From Candidatus Cloacimonadales bacterium (GTDB taxonomy: Bacteria; Cloacimonadota; Cloacimonadia; Cloacimonadales; JAIOQZ01), in contig OY762463.1 in the NCBI GenBank assembly GCA_963665815.1, positions 1,280,001 through 1,344,000 of the forward strand: a stretch of DNA of 64,000 nt, in the 5' to 3' direction. Position numbers and translations under genes: made by a program. Of the stretch, positions 48,501 to 58,101 are shown piece by piece (within the stretch, counting starts at the first letter, position 1; every line of letters begins with the position of its first letter). The notes below the pieces were generated by a model. That model was not told the origin of the DNA. It saw only the letters and a program-made list of their open reading frames with translations, and made no database searches.

Positions 48501-51017
48501 TTGACAATCAGCAAAGTTGATAATTTCAATCATTACTACGAGTTTCTCAGTGAGCATTCTCAAGATGTTCTTAACAAAGATATTCCTATTATTACTCCGT
48601 TAGTAAAAACCTATTTTTATTATTTGAACAACATCGGTAATATAACTAAAATGAATGAGTATCTGGAAATATGTCTTGATCAGAACTTGTTTGAAGATCA
48701 GGATGAAGAGTTCTATTTTCAGATTCTGGGGCTGCTTCTTATGAACAGCAAAGACTATGATGGAGCAATACTGAACTTTAAAAAAGCTATTGAATATGCC
48801 CAGAAAAGTAAAAGTGCATACGCACAGGCAATTTTACTTATAAGAATTACTCAATGCTGTTACCAGATGAAAGACTATAACCTCGGAATGGAATATCTTT
48901 CAAAAGCAAAAAACCTGATAGACAAGTATAGTTTTGAATACTGGAATGTAGTTCTTAAGCTTGTAGAAAATGATCTATACTTATTAGATTCAAATTATCC
49001 ATTTAGAAAAATCCTCAGATCAATTCTTGAAATTCTTGATTTTGTTCTGGAGAACAAGCTTTTCATTCTGGAAATCAGCTGTTATGAAAGACTGTTCCAG
49101 ATATACGGGGCAATTGGAGCAGACAAAAACGCAAGACATTACTATACGCTGTATAAAAGCAAAGTACAGGAAGTGGTGAAATCAATTCCTGATGATGATA
49201 AATACTATTATCTCGAGAAGAAACAGATATCAAGAACTTCTTATAAGGAAATTCAGACCTATCCGTTGGAATCAAGAAACAAGTATAAGAAAGGTGACTG
49301 GCAGGAGCAACTTTATAATCTGTTCAAGCTCAACGAGCTTCATAGAATGAAGTTCCTGATAGATAAGACAATCCGTAATCTTCTTGCTCCTGAGAAGTAC
49401 TGTCTCATCCTCTATGATGATTTTAAAAATAAAGGTAATATCTTCTATCTTCATGAATTTGCTGAAGACGATATTTATCATCCTAAATATGTGCAATATA
49501 TTGAAAGCTCATTGAATGTGAATAAAATCACTTACAAGCAAATTGACAATCTCAATACAGTGTTTGTACCACTTAAGATCAGGACAACTAAAGTGGGCAG
49601 CCTTATTGTGCAGGATAAAGGAGAACTTGAATTCAGAGGAGTAGAACAAAGAATCCTGAGAGTGCTGAAACTACACTTAACCTCAGTCTTAATGAGAATA
49701 AAGGAGTTTGGAGATCTTAACAACAGGATGTCACTTCTTAAGCAAATGATGTCCGGAACCCATCTGTTCTTCTCAATGTTTGATCAATCAAAACTAGAAC
49801 AGGAGATTGTTTCATTTGCAATAGACTTCACACAGAGTACTAGTGGTTATCTGATCAAGAAAGATAAAACCGGCAACTATGTTTATGAAGTTGCTCTGGA
49901 TGAGAACAAACACATTATTCGAGATTATTCGCATATCAGTAAAACAATGCTCTCTGAAGTTCACAATTCAGAACAGGCAATCTTCACTACAAATGCAATG
50001 CTTGATAATACGTTTAAAAGCTCTATCAGTGTTCAGGAGTATCGCATCAGCAATATCTATTGTGCTCCAATCCATATTGACAACAAAATATACGGATTCC
50101 TCTATCTTGATAATCACCTTAACTCACAGAAGGAAATGTATATAAATCGAGAATTCATGGAAATGCTGATGATGCAGATAAGAATCGCTCTTAAAAACTC
50201 CATGCAATACACATCACTAATGGAGAAAAACCTGGAGCTGCATTCTTTAGATAAATCAAAAGATAACTTTATAGCTATTGTATCTCATGAATTGAATACT
50301 CCTCTTGTATCACTTCAAGGATATGTGCATAGATTAAGAAGAGATATAGAACCGGGTGACAAAGCAAAACTTGAAAAGCTGGAAAAAGTTGAGAATAGTG
50401 TTAATAAACTTTTATTAACAACAAACGATATTGTTAACTTGAACAAATACAGTGTTGTAACCAAGCTGGAAAAGGAATTCACTGACATTAAAGAATTGCT
50501 GGAACCATTAATCTCACAAGCCGGAGCAATATCAGAAAACAGACATATGAATATTTCACTGGAAATGTCTACCGGATTACCAAAACTTTACGTTAACTGG
50601 GAAGGTTTTCATCTGATGGTGTACAATCTGATTCTTAATGCAATCAGATTCACAAAAGACTTTGGAACTATCGTTGTAGGTGCAAGATTTTCTTCTTTCC
50701 AGAATGAAGAAATCGATGGAACACAATCTGTAGTATTGTACGTGCAGGATAATGGAATTGGTATTCCTGAATACGAGCTGGAAAACGTATTCAAGAAATT
50801 CTATGAACTTAACAATCTCTGGGCACATAAATCAGGGATTGTAGAATATATGTCCAGTGGACTTGGAATTGGTCTGGCAACTTCCAAACGGATTGTTGAC
50901 CTACATGGTGGTAAAATATGGATCAAGAGTAAACAAGGTGAAGGAACTACAATTTTCATTGCATTACCGGTAATTACTCAGGAAGATCTTGATAATGATC
51001 TAACCAAGCTCTTATAA
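45528..51017 (+). CDS. Multidomain Ser/Thr kinase - AAA/STAND-like ATPase - TPR - GAF - histidine kinase
   Basis: Kinase LGIG, ALK, HKDLKPDN, DFG, APE; P-loop-like GGEGLGKD and SNGNP; TPRs (NNLA, NNLG, INYG); GAF (CAPI...GFLYLDN); SHELNTPL, NAIRF, DNGIGIP, GLGIGL. Start at ATG 45528. Confidence 0.92.
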   Translation: MIIDSRYEVIEQLGIGVWATVYKVLDLRTNKIHALKLFQNLDANSMYEKFSAEDMYHITQIEHPNIIPVTNFGNYGKHIYYISEFFEGKTLSNFVFKKFNLELLYDIIVQVCYALNALHLHNIIHKDLKPDNIMYTIRNNKPYVKVLDFGFSKIDVEKKQQNISGNLPYVAPEIYLGRGARIQSDFYSLGVTLYKITTGSLPYSPEKITSLIAGNHQNFFPNFPRVLNSNIPPQLEKLIMKLLEKNPDNRYKSIEEILSYINRIQLKKYQFSQKKSAVTTLKYKSYFVREDYARQLLDYIPIIRNGNGKLVVVIGGEGLGKDSMLSLFRYHLLSDEQFTFDYTCSAKNRDPFFALIKEFHYYVKRNKRLEKDLTKISLKFRKYLYESEENADKISEKKDELELDYESARNFIFHLSDEKPLVFIIKAGHYLTKDTIDFVNYISNEISEKKVLIIISVDDPSSLSGLIHTIQFKINPLNVNQTHTYIQKILNNSVPLDFSQQIWKRSNGNPQFCRDIIIDLTDKKIIWKNNNYNFDIDLSNYILPMHIRHSIYTRMSYLSKEVYLGMQKLSICQTPLTKALIQHILQVDERDVFFLIHESNNNELLYKRGQYYHFSFKEAKTRMFNECDEQLIQDVSLKVLDFFRNIEIESAEICDGIIRNALMIENWQNVRQYRLQLVNIHSENYKQLLAFREICKVIELDFSGKTELKKSEIMSDLSLFQEKAELTGSIQIAMSLMDSIANLPDLFEKHYIRASFLMGLEHHAKASRLFEKALQYAITGRQRVSTIINLTWTLLRLNKISKAKKYLKLLEGVPMTPDLRVSYIDRKALVQERDGHLLEAIQFVENFLSSPPKDNSTNFLVKLGSMHNNLAYMYSNNRNIEQAYIHFEHARTIWEKVEYERSLGLVYNNLGDLALKQGDTKTAFEHFDKAFSVCQKVDQKRGQALVYINYGEAYIKLGRFKKAEEYLLTAKDIITSINSTEYTESIMSNLALTISKVDNFNHYYEFLSEHSQDVLNKDIPIITPLVKTYFYYLNNIGNITKMNEYLEICLDQNLFEDQDEEFYFQILGLLLMNSKDYDGAILNFKKAIEYAQKSKSAYAQAILLIRITQCCYQMKDYNLGMEYLSKAKNLIDKYSFEYWNVVLKLVENDLYLLDSNYPFRKILRSILEILDFVLENKLFILEISCYERLFQIYGAIGADKNARHYYTLYKSKVQEVVKSIPDDDKYYYLEKKQISRTSYKEIQTYPLESRNKYKKGDWQEQLYNLFKLNELHRMKFLIDKTIRNLLAPEKYCLILYDDFKNKGNIFYLHEFAEDDIYHPKYVQYIESSLNVNKITYKQIDNLNTVFVPLKIRTTKVGSLIVQDKGELEFRGVEQRILRVLKLHLTSVLMRIKEFGDLNNRMSLLKQMMSGTHLFFSMFDQSKLEQEIVSFAIDFTQSTSGYLIKKDKTGNYVYEVALDENKHIIRDYSHISKTMLSEVHNSEQAIFTTNAMLDNTFKSSISVQEYRISNIYCAPIHIDNKIYGFLYLDNHLNSQKEMYINREFMEMLMMQIRIALKNSMQYTSLMEKNLELHSLDKSKDNFIAIVSHELNTPLVSLQGYVHRLRRDIEPGDKAKLEKLEKVENSVNKLLLTTNDIVNLNKYSVVTKLEKEFTDIKELLEPLISQAGAISENRHMNISLEMSTGLPKLYVNWEGFHLMVYNLILNAIRFTKDFGTIVVGARFSSFQNEEIDGTQSVVLYVQDNGIGIPEYELENVFKKFYELNNLWAHKSGIVEYMSSGLGIGLATSKRIVDLHGGKIWIKSKQGEGTTIFIALPVITQEDLDNDLTKLL

Positions 51018-51032
51018 TATTAGTATTTTAAC

Positions 51033-51071
51033 AGCAGATATTGTCTGTCAGATAAGAGGGCAATATCTGCT
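51033..51071. terminator. Probable bidirectional terminator between convergent genes
   Basis: 11-bp inverted repeat agcagatattg / caatatctgct. Confidence 0.6.
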
Positions 51072-51626
51072 TTATTTTATTCTTATGTATCCTTTTATCT
51101 TATCGTCAATGTCTCTGACTACTTTCTTAATACAACTTCTTTCCACTCCATTAGAATCAAAAAAAGGCATATTACCCTCAACAGTAGTCACTTTATTACA
51201 TCCTGTTTCGATAATTATTCCAATATGGTTAAACTCTGAGTCAACCTTAGAAAGATTTCTGTATATAATTATATCCCCGGCTTGTGGTGACTCGTTATTC
51301 TCCAGCCATTCAAACAGATCTGAAATTATTGCGTAGTCAAACCAGGTCCTTACAAGTGCAAAAGTAGGCTTTCCTGAAAAAGGTGCCGGCTTGATATCAA
51401 TTCCCATTTTTCTACAGCAATACCAGACAAAAGCTCCACACCAGTCAAAACCCATATTTATATCCATATAGGGTTTACTTCCGTCAACATCAACAAGAAA
51501 TGGTCGAAATTCTGCCAGATATTTTTCTATTTCAGGTCCGGCTTTCTTCCCTATCGTTGCAACAGGATTTATTTTCAGCTCTGCTTCTGCTGCATTAATA
51601 AATTTTTCTCGTTTTAACATAAGCAT
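51072..51626 (-). CDS. CHAP domain protein (cysteine amidase)
   Basis: DWCGAFV.Y, P.AGDIIIY, HIGII, TVEGN; no signal peptide. Confidence 0.85.
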   Translation of the reverse strand: MLMLKREKFINAAEAELKINPVATIGKKAGPEIEKYLAEFRPFLVDVDGSKPYMDINMGFDWCGAFVWYCCRKMGIDIKPAPFSGKPTFALVRTWFDYAIISDLFEWLENNESPQAGDIIIYRNLSKVDSEFNHIGIIIETGCNKVTTVEGNMPFFDSNGVERSCIKKVVRDIDDKIKGYIRIK

Positions 51627-51688
51627 ACCTTTTGTTTATATACTTCAAAATGAGCATCCACAATATTACATCTAACATTATCAACTCC

Positions 51689-52411
51689 TTAGTATCTCCT
51701 GAAAAGAAAAGCAAGTTCACCGAGTAGTGTGAAGTCCGGATTTTCCTCAGGCATAATGGTTATAGGTGGGTATCTGTGATTTGTTGAAAGAAGTATTATC
51801 ACTTTATTTCTTGTATCAATCTCGAGTTGTTTCAGAGTAATTTCCCCATTAACTCTCACAGCCACAACTTTTCCTATCAGGTCTGAAAAATTATCACCAT
51901 TTCTTATTATAACAAGATCGTTATGATGTATTGATGGTTCCATACTGTGACCATTCACTCTGAAACATGTAAAGTCCGATATATCATTCACATAAGACTT
52001 ATCAAGCGCAATTACATCAAGAGGTTCGTAATTTTCAACAGCTACAGGTGGTCCGGCAGCAATTTCACCGACGACTTTAAGCTCAAGCTGATCATCAATG
52101 GTTTTTCTGGTTGCTGCAATCTCTTTCAACTGCTTATCAAGAATCATCTGGATTTTATTAAGTTTATTCTGAGGAGTGGGAGCAGCATTTTCATTTAACA
52201 GCATATTGCCATCTCCCGTAAGTAACCAGTGAGTATTCAGCTTATAGCGTTCTGCTAATTTGGATAAATCGATAATATTGGGTCTGTTCTTTTCACTTAT
52301 CCATTCAGAAACAGCTGTAGGTGTATAACCGAGATAATCAGCTATTTCCTTGTTTTTAAGATTATTAGATCTTATGAATTCTTTTACTCTCTGTCCGTAT
52401 CCATGTTTCAT
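51689..52411 (-). CDS. XRE/CI-type HTH repressor with S24 (LexA-like) autopeptidase
   Basis: HTH followed by WLLTGDG; cleavage site IAAG; catalytic SMEP and TLK. Confidence 0.9.
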   Translation of the reverse strand: MKHGYGQRVKEFIRSNNLKNKEIADYLGYTPTAVSEWISEKNRPNIIDLSKLAERYKLNTHWLLTGDGNMLLNENAAPTPQNKLNKIQMILDKQLKEIAATRKTIDDQLELKVVGEIAAGPPVAVENYEPLDVIALDKSYVNDISDFTCFRVNGHSMEPSIHHNDLVIIRNGDNFSDLIGKVVAVRVNGEITLKQLEIDTRNKVIILLSTNHRYPPITIMPEENPDFTLLGELAFLFRRY

Positions 52412-52445
52412 ATTAAGCTCCCTTTGTGCTTTTACGATACAATAG

Positions 52446-52470
52446 TTAGCTTAGTGCTAATATATGTCAA
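52446..52470 (-). promoter_or_regulatory. Putative promoter and operator of the S24 repressor
   Basis: TTGACA (52470-52465) with palindrome TTAGC-N5-GCTAA in the spacer. Confidence 0.45.
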
Positions 52471-52540
52471 TTTTATTTTTTAGTATATTGCGAATTATTT
52501 CTTAACTTGACTACTTATATTGATCAAATATTGTGAATTC

Positions 52541-53788
52541 ATGAAAAGGAATATAATCATTACAGCAGTTGTAGTATTAGTGTCATTGCACTTGAGCGCA
52601 GCTCCACATAATGTTTATCCACTTATTGATGAATATCATACATACAGTGAGATACATCCTGAACTTCAGTACATTGAAAGCCTGAATCCGGATATATGCA
52701 AAATTGACATTATTGGATACAGCAGCAACGAGCATCTGCCTCTATATGCTTTGAAGATTTCGCACAACGCTATATTTGATGAAGAATATGATCCCGACAT
52801 ATTGTTTTGCGGTCAATATCAGTCAGAAGAAGTTCTGGGTGTAGAAATTGTCCTTGAGAATGCTGAAAGGCTTGTTCTGAACTATAAAAGAGATAAATTT
52901 ATTACAGATATCATTGACACTTATGAATTGTGGTTTGTTCCCACTGTTAATCCCGAAGGATTGCGGATTGTAACATCCGGAACTAATAACAGAAAAAGAA
53001 AGAACAACACAGATACAAACTGGAATGGTATTTATGAAGATGATATTGATGGCGTTGATCTAAACAAAAATTATCCATTCAACTGGAAACAGGATGATGT
53101 AACCAATCCGGAATACCGTTATTACAAAGGCTATCAATCATGTTCTCAACTGGAGACTCAGGCAATGATGAAACTGTTTGATGAAAGAAAATTTGTAGCT
53201 GCTGTTTTCTATCACAGTTCACAAACGGGGAATCAATCTGAAAGAATCTTCTACCCATGGCAGTGGGACTATGAGATTTCACCGGATTATTACACATTGC
53301 AGCACATAGCTGGTAGAATCTCAGAATATCTCCCAAGGGATTATCTACCGGGAAATTATGAAGTGCACGACCTGAATAACCATAAAAGAGGATATGCGAG
53401 AGATTACATTTATTCCCGATTCAATACATTCGCTATTACAATAGAAACAGGGGGAAATACACCGGAAGGTGAATCTATCATTCATCCAGGATTAGAAGTC
53501 CTTAATTCTATCAAAGAGAAGCATTATCTTGCTTTTCTTGAGTTTCTAAGACAGTGTAATGATCACCTGTTTTACGGTTATATTGAAAATCAAAAACCTG
53601 AAAATAACACGAAAATCAGGATTGTGGAAAAACAGGGATTAAGCCCCATAACTCCCGGACCAGATGGTTATTTTTTCAGACTGCTCGAAAAAAGGAACAT
53701 CCCCTATAATTTTATTATAGACAAAACAATACATAAAGTATATTTTTCAGATAATTCTAAACAATATACTTTCAAGTTAAAGGAATAA
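52541..53788 (+). CDS. Secreted M14 zinc carboxypeptidase-family protein
   Basis: Signal peptide; IIGYS, P.VNPEG, RKN, GVDLNKNY, FYHS, TIET; first Zn motif is altered (QSEE). Confidence 0.85.
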   Translation: MKRNIIITAVVVLVSLHLSAAPHNVYPLIDEYHTYSEIHPELQYIESLNPDICKIDIIGYSSNEHLPLYALKISHNAIFDEEYDPDILFCGQYQSEEVLGVEIVLENAERLVLNYKRDKFITDIIDTYELWFVPTVNPEGLRIVTSGTNNRKRKNNTDTNWNGIYEDDIDGVDLNKNYPFNWKQDDVTNPEYRYYKGYQSCSQLETQAMMKLFDERKFVAAVFYHSSQTGNQSERIFYPWQWDYEISPDYYTLQHIAGRISEYLPRDYLPGNYEVHDLNNHKRGYARDYIYSRFNTFAITIETGGNTPEGESIIHPGLEVLNSIKEKHYLAFLEFLRQCNDHLFYGYIENQKPENNTKIRIVEKQGLSPITPGPDGYFFRLLEKRNIPYNFIIDKTIHKVYFSDNSKQYTFKLKE

Positions 53789-53789
53789 T

Positions 53790-54581
53790 ATGCAGATCAA
53801 CAACAGGTTAAAAGAAATTGCTGTTTCAGCAGGAAATATTATTAAGAAGAACTTCCATTTATCGCATAGATATGAAACAAAAACTACAGAATATGATCCT
53901 GTCACAGCTATAGATATAGAAGTTGAAAATTTTCTCAAGGATAAACTGAGCAAACTTATTCTGAGCAGTGAATTCCTGTCTGAGGAAACGGACTCAGATT
54001 TTAAAAATGCAGACAAGCTTTGGATAATCGATCCAATTGATGGAACTGTAAATTTCCTGCATGGATTTCCCTTTGTATGTACGTCAATCGCCTTACAGAT
54101 AGATGGAATAATAGTGAAAGGTATAGTTTATAATCCAATTTTGGACGAGTTGTTCTTTGCGGAGAGAAATCAGGGTAGTACCCTTAACGGTATGAGAATT
54201 AACGTTTCAAAGCAGTCTGATTTCAAAAGCTGCCTACTTGCAACAGGATTTCCCTACGCCTACAATACATTGGAAAACAACAACCTTAAATACTTTGACC
54301 ATTTCCATCAGAAAGTACACGGGATAAGAAGAGCCGGAAGTGCAGCTCTGGATTTATGTTATGTTGCATCAGGAATTTTCGATGGCTACTGGGAGCAATA
54401 CTTGAGACCCTGGGATGTTGCAGCCGGAAAACTGATTGTAGAGGAAGCCGGTGGAATTGTAACCAATTTTAAAGAAGGGTTTTCACTTAAAGATAATACA
54501 ATTATCGCTTCAAATCCTGTTTTACATGCGGAAATGAAAAAAGAAATTGATTACATTGGGAATGAATATGAGTACATTTAA
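53790..54581 (+). CDS. suhB: Inositol monophosphatase family protein
   Basis: SEE, WIIDPIDGT.NF, GSAALDLCYVA.G, PWDVAAG. Confidence 0.92.
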   Translation: MQINNRLKEIAVSAGNIIKKNFHLSHRYETKTTEYDPVTAIDIEVENFLKDKLSKLILSSEFLSEETDSDFKNADKLWIIDPIDGTVNFLHGFPFVCTSIALQIDGIIVKGIVYNPILDELFFAERNQGSTLNGMRINVSKQSDFKSCLLATGFPYAYNTLENNNLKYFDHFHQKVHGIRRAGSAALDLCYVASGIFDGYWEQYLRPWDVAAGKLIVEEAGGIVTNFKEGFSLKDNTIIASNPVLHAEMKKEIDYIGNEYEYI

Positions 54582-56670
54582 AGTATACAATAAATGGTAT
54601 TTCCTTTTAATATTATCAATTCTGCTGACAGCTTTGTCTCTTATAATATCAAGAGTAAATCTAATCAGCAAGACAGAAACTCAGTTGCAGGATGTTTTGT
54701 TCCGAGTTACCCCAAACAATGTTGTTCCTGACTCTAATGTTGTTGTTATTGCCATAGATGATTCAAGTCTTAAGTTCACAAGGAATAACCGTTTCCCCTG
54801 GCCATGGTCCAGAGACATTTATGGTATTGTAACCGAATACCTGACACAATCAGGTGCAAAAAAAATTCTGTTTGATCTTCAGTTTACTGATCCGGATTTC
54901 GACAGAGCTGAAACACTATCCGAGGAAACAGACGGCTATTTTGCTGAATCAATGTATAACTCAGGAAACGTAATTCTGGGTGTTCAATTAGTACCGGACA
55001 GCACAAGCAGCATTGATAATCTATCAAAGCATTATGATAAGCAACTGCCATACACAGCAAACACTAAGTTTAAGGGAATATTGAATCCTCTGAAGATATT
55101 TTCTGACAATGCACAGGGCATAGGAATTGTGAATGTTGAGCCGGATGATGATGGAGTAATAAGAAAACTATCTCTGCAATACAACATTGAGAATCATAAT
55201 TTTCATCAGTTTGCAATGGCAGCCATCTCAGATAGCCTTCCTGAAAACATACCGGTTGATGCTGATGGAAATTGTAAAATACTGTGGTATGGTAAAGGCG
55301 GAGTAGACAGCAAGTTCAGATATTACACCATGGGCTCTGTAATTCAATCAGCTATAAATAAAATTCAGGGAAAGGAAAGCCTTTTCAAAAATGACGAGTT
55401 CAAAGGAAAATATGTAATTATTGGAACAACTGCCGGTGGACTTCTGGATTTAAAAACTGTGCCAACAGACAGAATCTTTCCGGGAATGGAAATCTGGGCA
55501 ACAGCGTTAAGTAATTACCTGAATTCTCATTATGTCAGAAATCTGCCATCTTACCTGTTCATCATTATTCTATTTGTTACAATATTGCTGATATCTACAA
55601 GCTACAAATATCCATCCAGACTGCTTATTTATTTCATACCTACAGGATTATTTATTTTTCATACTGCAATGTTCTTTATAATATGGAAATTTACACTAAT
55701 ACAATACCCTATTTTAAACATTACGCTGGCAATCATAATTACTTACCTGATAAATACTTCTATACACTATCTTAATGAAGGGCGAGCAAGAAAGCATATT
55801 ACAGGGTTATTCTCAAGATACCTTCACCCCAAAGTCATTGACGAACTGATTGCTGATCAGAACTCGTTTGAAATGGGCGGAAAAGAAATTGAGGCAACTA
55901 TACTGTTCACAGATATTGCTGACTTTACGACGTTTTCAGAGGGTGTTTCAGCCAATAAGCTAGTACATCATCTTAATGATTACTTTGAAGACCTGACAAC
56001 AACGGTTCTCAACAACAGAGGACTTCTTGATAAATATACCGGAGACGGAATAATGGCATTATTCGGTGTCCCTGCCGGATTTGACAATCATGCATTCGAC
56101 GCATGCAGAGCAGCTTTGCTTTACAGGATCAGTAAAAGCAAGATAATTACTGAAAGCTCATCAGCAGCTGAAAAATTCGCAGTAAATACAAGAATTGGTA
56201 TTAACACCGGAACGATAGTTGCCGGAAACATTGGTTCTAACAAAAGAATGGATTATACTGCTATCGGAGATCCGGTTAATCTGGCAGCCCGGCTTGAGGG
56301 AGTAAACAAGTTCTACGGAACATCGATAATTATCAGTGATACAACCTATAAGCTGGTTTCAGACAAGTTTATATGCAGAGAATTAGATGCGTTGAAAGTT
56401 AAGGGTAAAAACGAACCGACAATTATTTACGAGTTACAAAATTTTTTAGATTGTCAGAATTGTGCACATCTATATAAATTGAATGCAGCATATTCTGAAG
56501 GATTGAATTTCTACAGACTCGGTTTATGGGATAAAGCAATCAAAAGTTTTAGCATCTGCAGTGAAAAATTTGGTGACAGAACATCATTGATAATGATTGA
56601 AAGGTGTAAAGCCTTGAAGAATAATCCACCTTCTGACTGGTCAGGAGTTTTTGTTCTTGATAAAAAATAA
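54562..56670 (+). CDS. CHASE2-domain class III adenylate/guanylate cyclase
   Basis: CHASE2 (AIDD.S, PWPWSR, FD..F, D.DG..R, PGME); 3 TM segments; cyclase FTDIADFT, DKYTGDGIMA, YTAIGD.VNLAARLE. K and T specificity residues suggest ATP. Confidence 0.92.
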   Translation: MNMSTFKVYNKWYFLLILSILLTALSLIISRVNLISKTETQLQDVLFRVTPNNVVPDSNVVVIAIDDSSLKFTRNNRFPWPWSRDIYGIVTEYLTQSGAKKILFDLQFTDPDFDRAETLSEETDGYFAESMYNSGNVILGVQLVPDSTSSIDNLSKHYDKQLPYTANTKFKGILNPLKIFSDNAQGIGIVNVEPDDDGVIRKLSLQYNIENHNFHQFAMAAISDSLPENIPVDADGNCKILWYGKGGVDSKFRYYTMGSVIQSAINKIQGKESLFKNDEFKGKYVIIGTTAGGLLDLKTVPTDRIFPGMEIWATALSNYLNSHYVRNLPSYLFIIILFVTILLISTSYKYPSRLLIYFIPTGLFIFHTAMFFIIWKFTLIQYPILNITLAIIITYLINTSIHYLNEGRARKHITGLFSRYLHPKVIDELIADQNSFEMGGKEIEATILFTDIADFTTFSEGVSANKLVHHLNDYFEDLTTTVLNNRGLLDKYTGDGIMALFGVPAGFDNHAFDACRAALLYRISKSKIITESSSAAEKFAVNTRIGINTGTIVAGNIGSNKRMDYTAIGDPVNLAARLEGVNKFYGTSIIISDTTYKLVSDKFICRELDALKVKGKNEPTIIYELQNFLDCQNCAHLYKLNAAYSEGLNFYRLGLWDKAIKSFSICSEKFGDRTSLIMIERCKALKNNPPSDWSGVFVLDKK

Positions 56671-56690
56671 TTGAACTTTGGAGTACATAA

Positions 56691-57914
56691 ATGAAAAAAG
56701 CTATAATCATATATTTTATATTTATTGTAAGCCTGACTCTCTCTGGTGAAATAATCTCCAGACAGAGAGCTTATCTCAGGAATGGACCTGGAGCATTTTA
56801 TGAAATAGTTAAAGAGCTCAAAACAGGAGATGAAGTTAAAATCATTAATGAAGATGAGCTGTGGCTTCAAGTAGAATTTGCTGATACTACAGGATTTCTT
56901 TCTGCCAAAGCGTTGCAGAAAAAGAAATCAGGTAAAACTTCGTTCTTATCAAGAACACTCTCAGGAGATGCCTCTATAAGAATATCCAGACATGGAATGT
57001 CTGCTGGTGCCAAGGGGCTGGCAAAAAGAGTTGTTAATAAATATAATGGAGATCCACAATTCTTCAATATGGTGTTTTCCTGGGAATTTAATGAGAAAGA
57101 TTACAAAAAGTTTCTCAAGGAATCCAAAAAAGAGCATAAACTGAGATTCAATAAAAAAGTGCAGATACCTCCATACGATGTTCCTGATCAATTTACATTT
57201 TCAGAAGAAGTTATGGGATACAGTCTGGCGTCAGTAGTAGCTCAAACAGGTATATATAATGATAAATACTGGAGCAAATACATAAACTACGTTGGATCCA
57301 GAATCGTCAGTTTTTCTGATGCTTATGATGTTCCTTTCAAATTTTATATTCTCAATACAGATATTCCTAATGCATACGCATTCCCGGGTGGTATTATTTT
57401 TATTACCAAAGGGCTGCTGAAAAGTATTCATTCTGAAGCAGAACTGGCATGTATACTGGGACATGAAATTGCTCATGTGACACATTACCATGGTATGCTG
57501 GAGATGGAAAAACGTAAGCACCATATTAAAGCTGATGATGCATTTGCAGAACTGGATGATGAAATGCCGGATGCCTTTGATGAAGAGACATCTGCTGTGG
57601 AAAACGAGCTCGAAGATGAGATGTTCAGCATGTATGAAACTCTTGTAAAAGGCAGGAGCGATGCTTATGAAGAAGAAGCCGATTATGTTGGAGCAATCTA
57701 TGCAGCAAGAGCAGGTTACGAGCCTGCCGCTCTTCTAACCGTTATTCAGCGAATTGCTTCACAGAGATCTAATGAAGGACATTATCGAGCCGAACTTCTG
57801 GGGAAAAGACTTACATTATTCAAGAAAAACCTCAGTAAAATTGATAAGCTCAAGAAACAGAGAGCTGTAAGTGAAAGATATCAGAGTATGCTGAGTAACT
57901 ATAAATTGTATTAG
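56691..57914 (+). CDS. SH3-domain M48 family metalloprotease
   Basis: Signal peptide; SH3b LR.GPG...W..V; PNAYAFPGG.IFIT.GLL, HEIAH, E.EAD, AGYEP. Confidence 0.88.
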   Translation: MKKAIIIYFIFIVSLTLSGEIISRQRAYLRNGPGAFYEIVKELKTGDEVKIINEDELWLQVEFADTTGFLSAKALQKKKSGKTSFLSRTLSGDASIRISRHGMSAGAKGLAKRVVNKYNGDPQFFNMVFSWEFNEKDYKKFLKESKKEHKLRFNKKVQIPPYDVPDQFTFSEEVMGYSLASVVAQTGIYNDKYWSKYINYVGSRIVSFSDAYDVPFKFYILNTDIPNAYAFPGGIIFITKGLLKSIHSEAELACILGHEIAHVTHYHGMLEMEKRKHHIKADDAFAELDDEMPDAFDEETSAVENELEDEMFSMYETLVKGRSDAYEEEADYVGAIYAARAGYEPAALLTVIQRIASQRSNEGHYRAELLGKRLTLFKKNLSKIDKLKKQRAVSERYQSMLSNYKLY

Positions 57915-58014
57915 GATGTTCTGGTACATAAGGAAGATTTCAGGAAAATAACCAAAGAGATCAGAATGGGAGAAGCAGAAAATTGTTTTATAAGGGAAAT
58001 ATTATACAAAACTA

Positions 58015-58043
58015 TTGACAATCTTTTAGAGAGATTATAAATT
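58015..58043 (+). promoter_or_regulatory. Sigma70-like promoter
   Basis: TTGACA at 58015 followed by TATAAA/TAAATT at 15-17 nt spacing, upstream of the 99-aa ORF. Confidence 0.5.
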
Positions 58044-58101
58044 ATAAGTGGTTCGTAACATGGTCTACTCTCAACAGACGTTATAAGAAAAGGAGTTCTA
58101 T

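Noticed and set aside
51072-52411. Prophage
   Set aside because: Only a repressor and a CHAP gene; no integrase, terminase, capsid genes or att sites seen.
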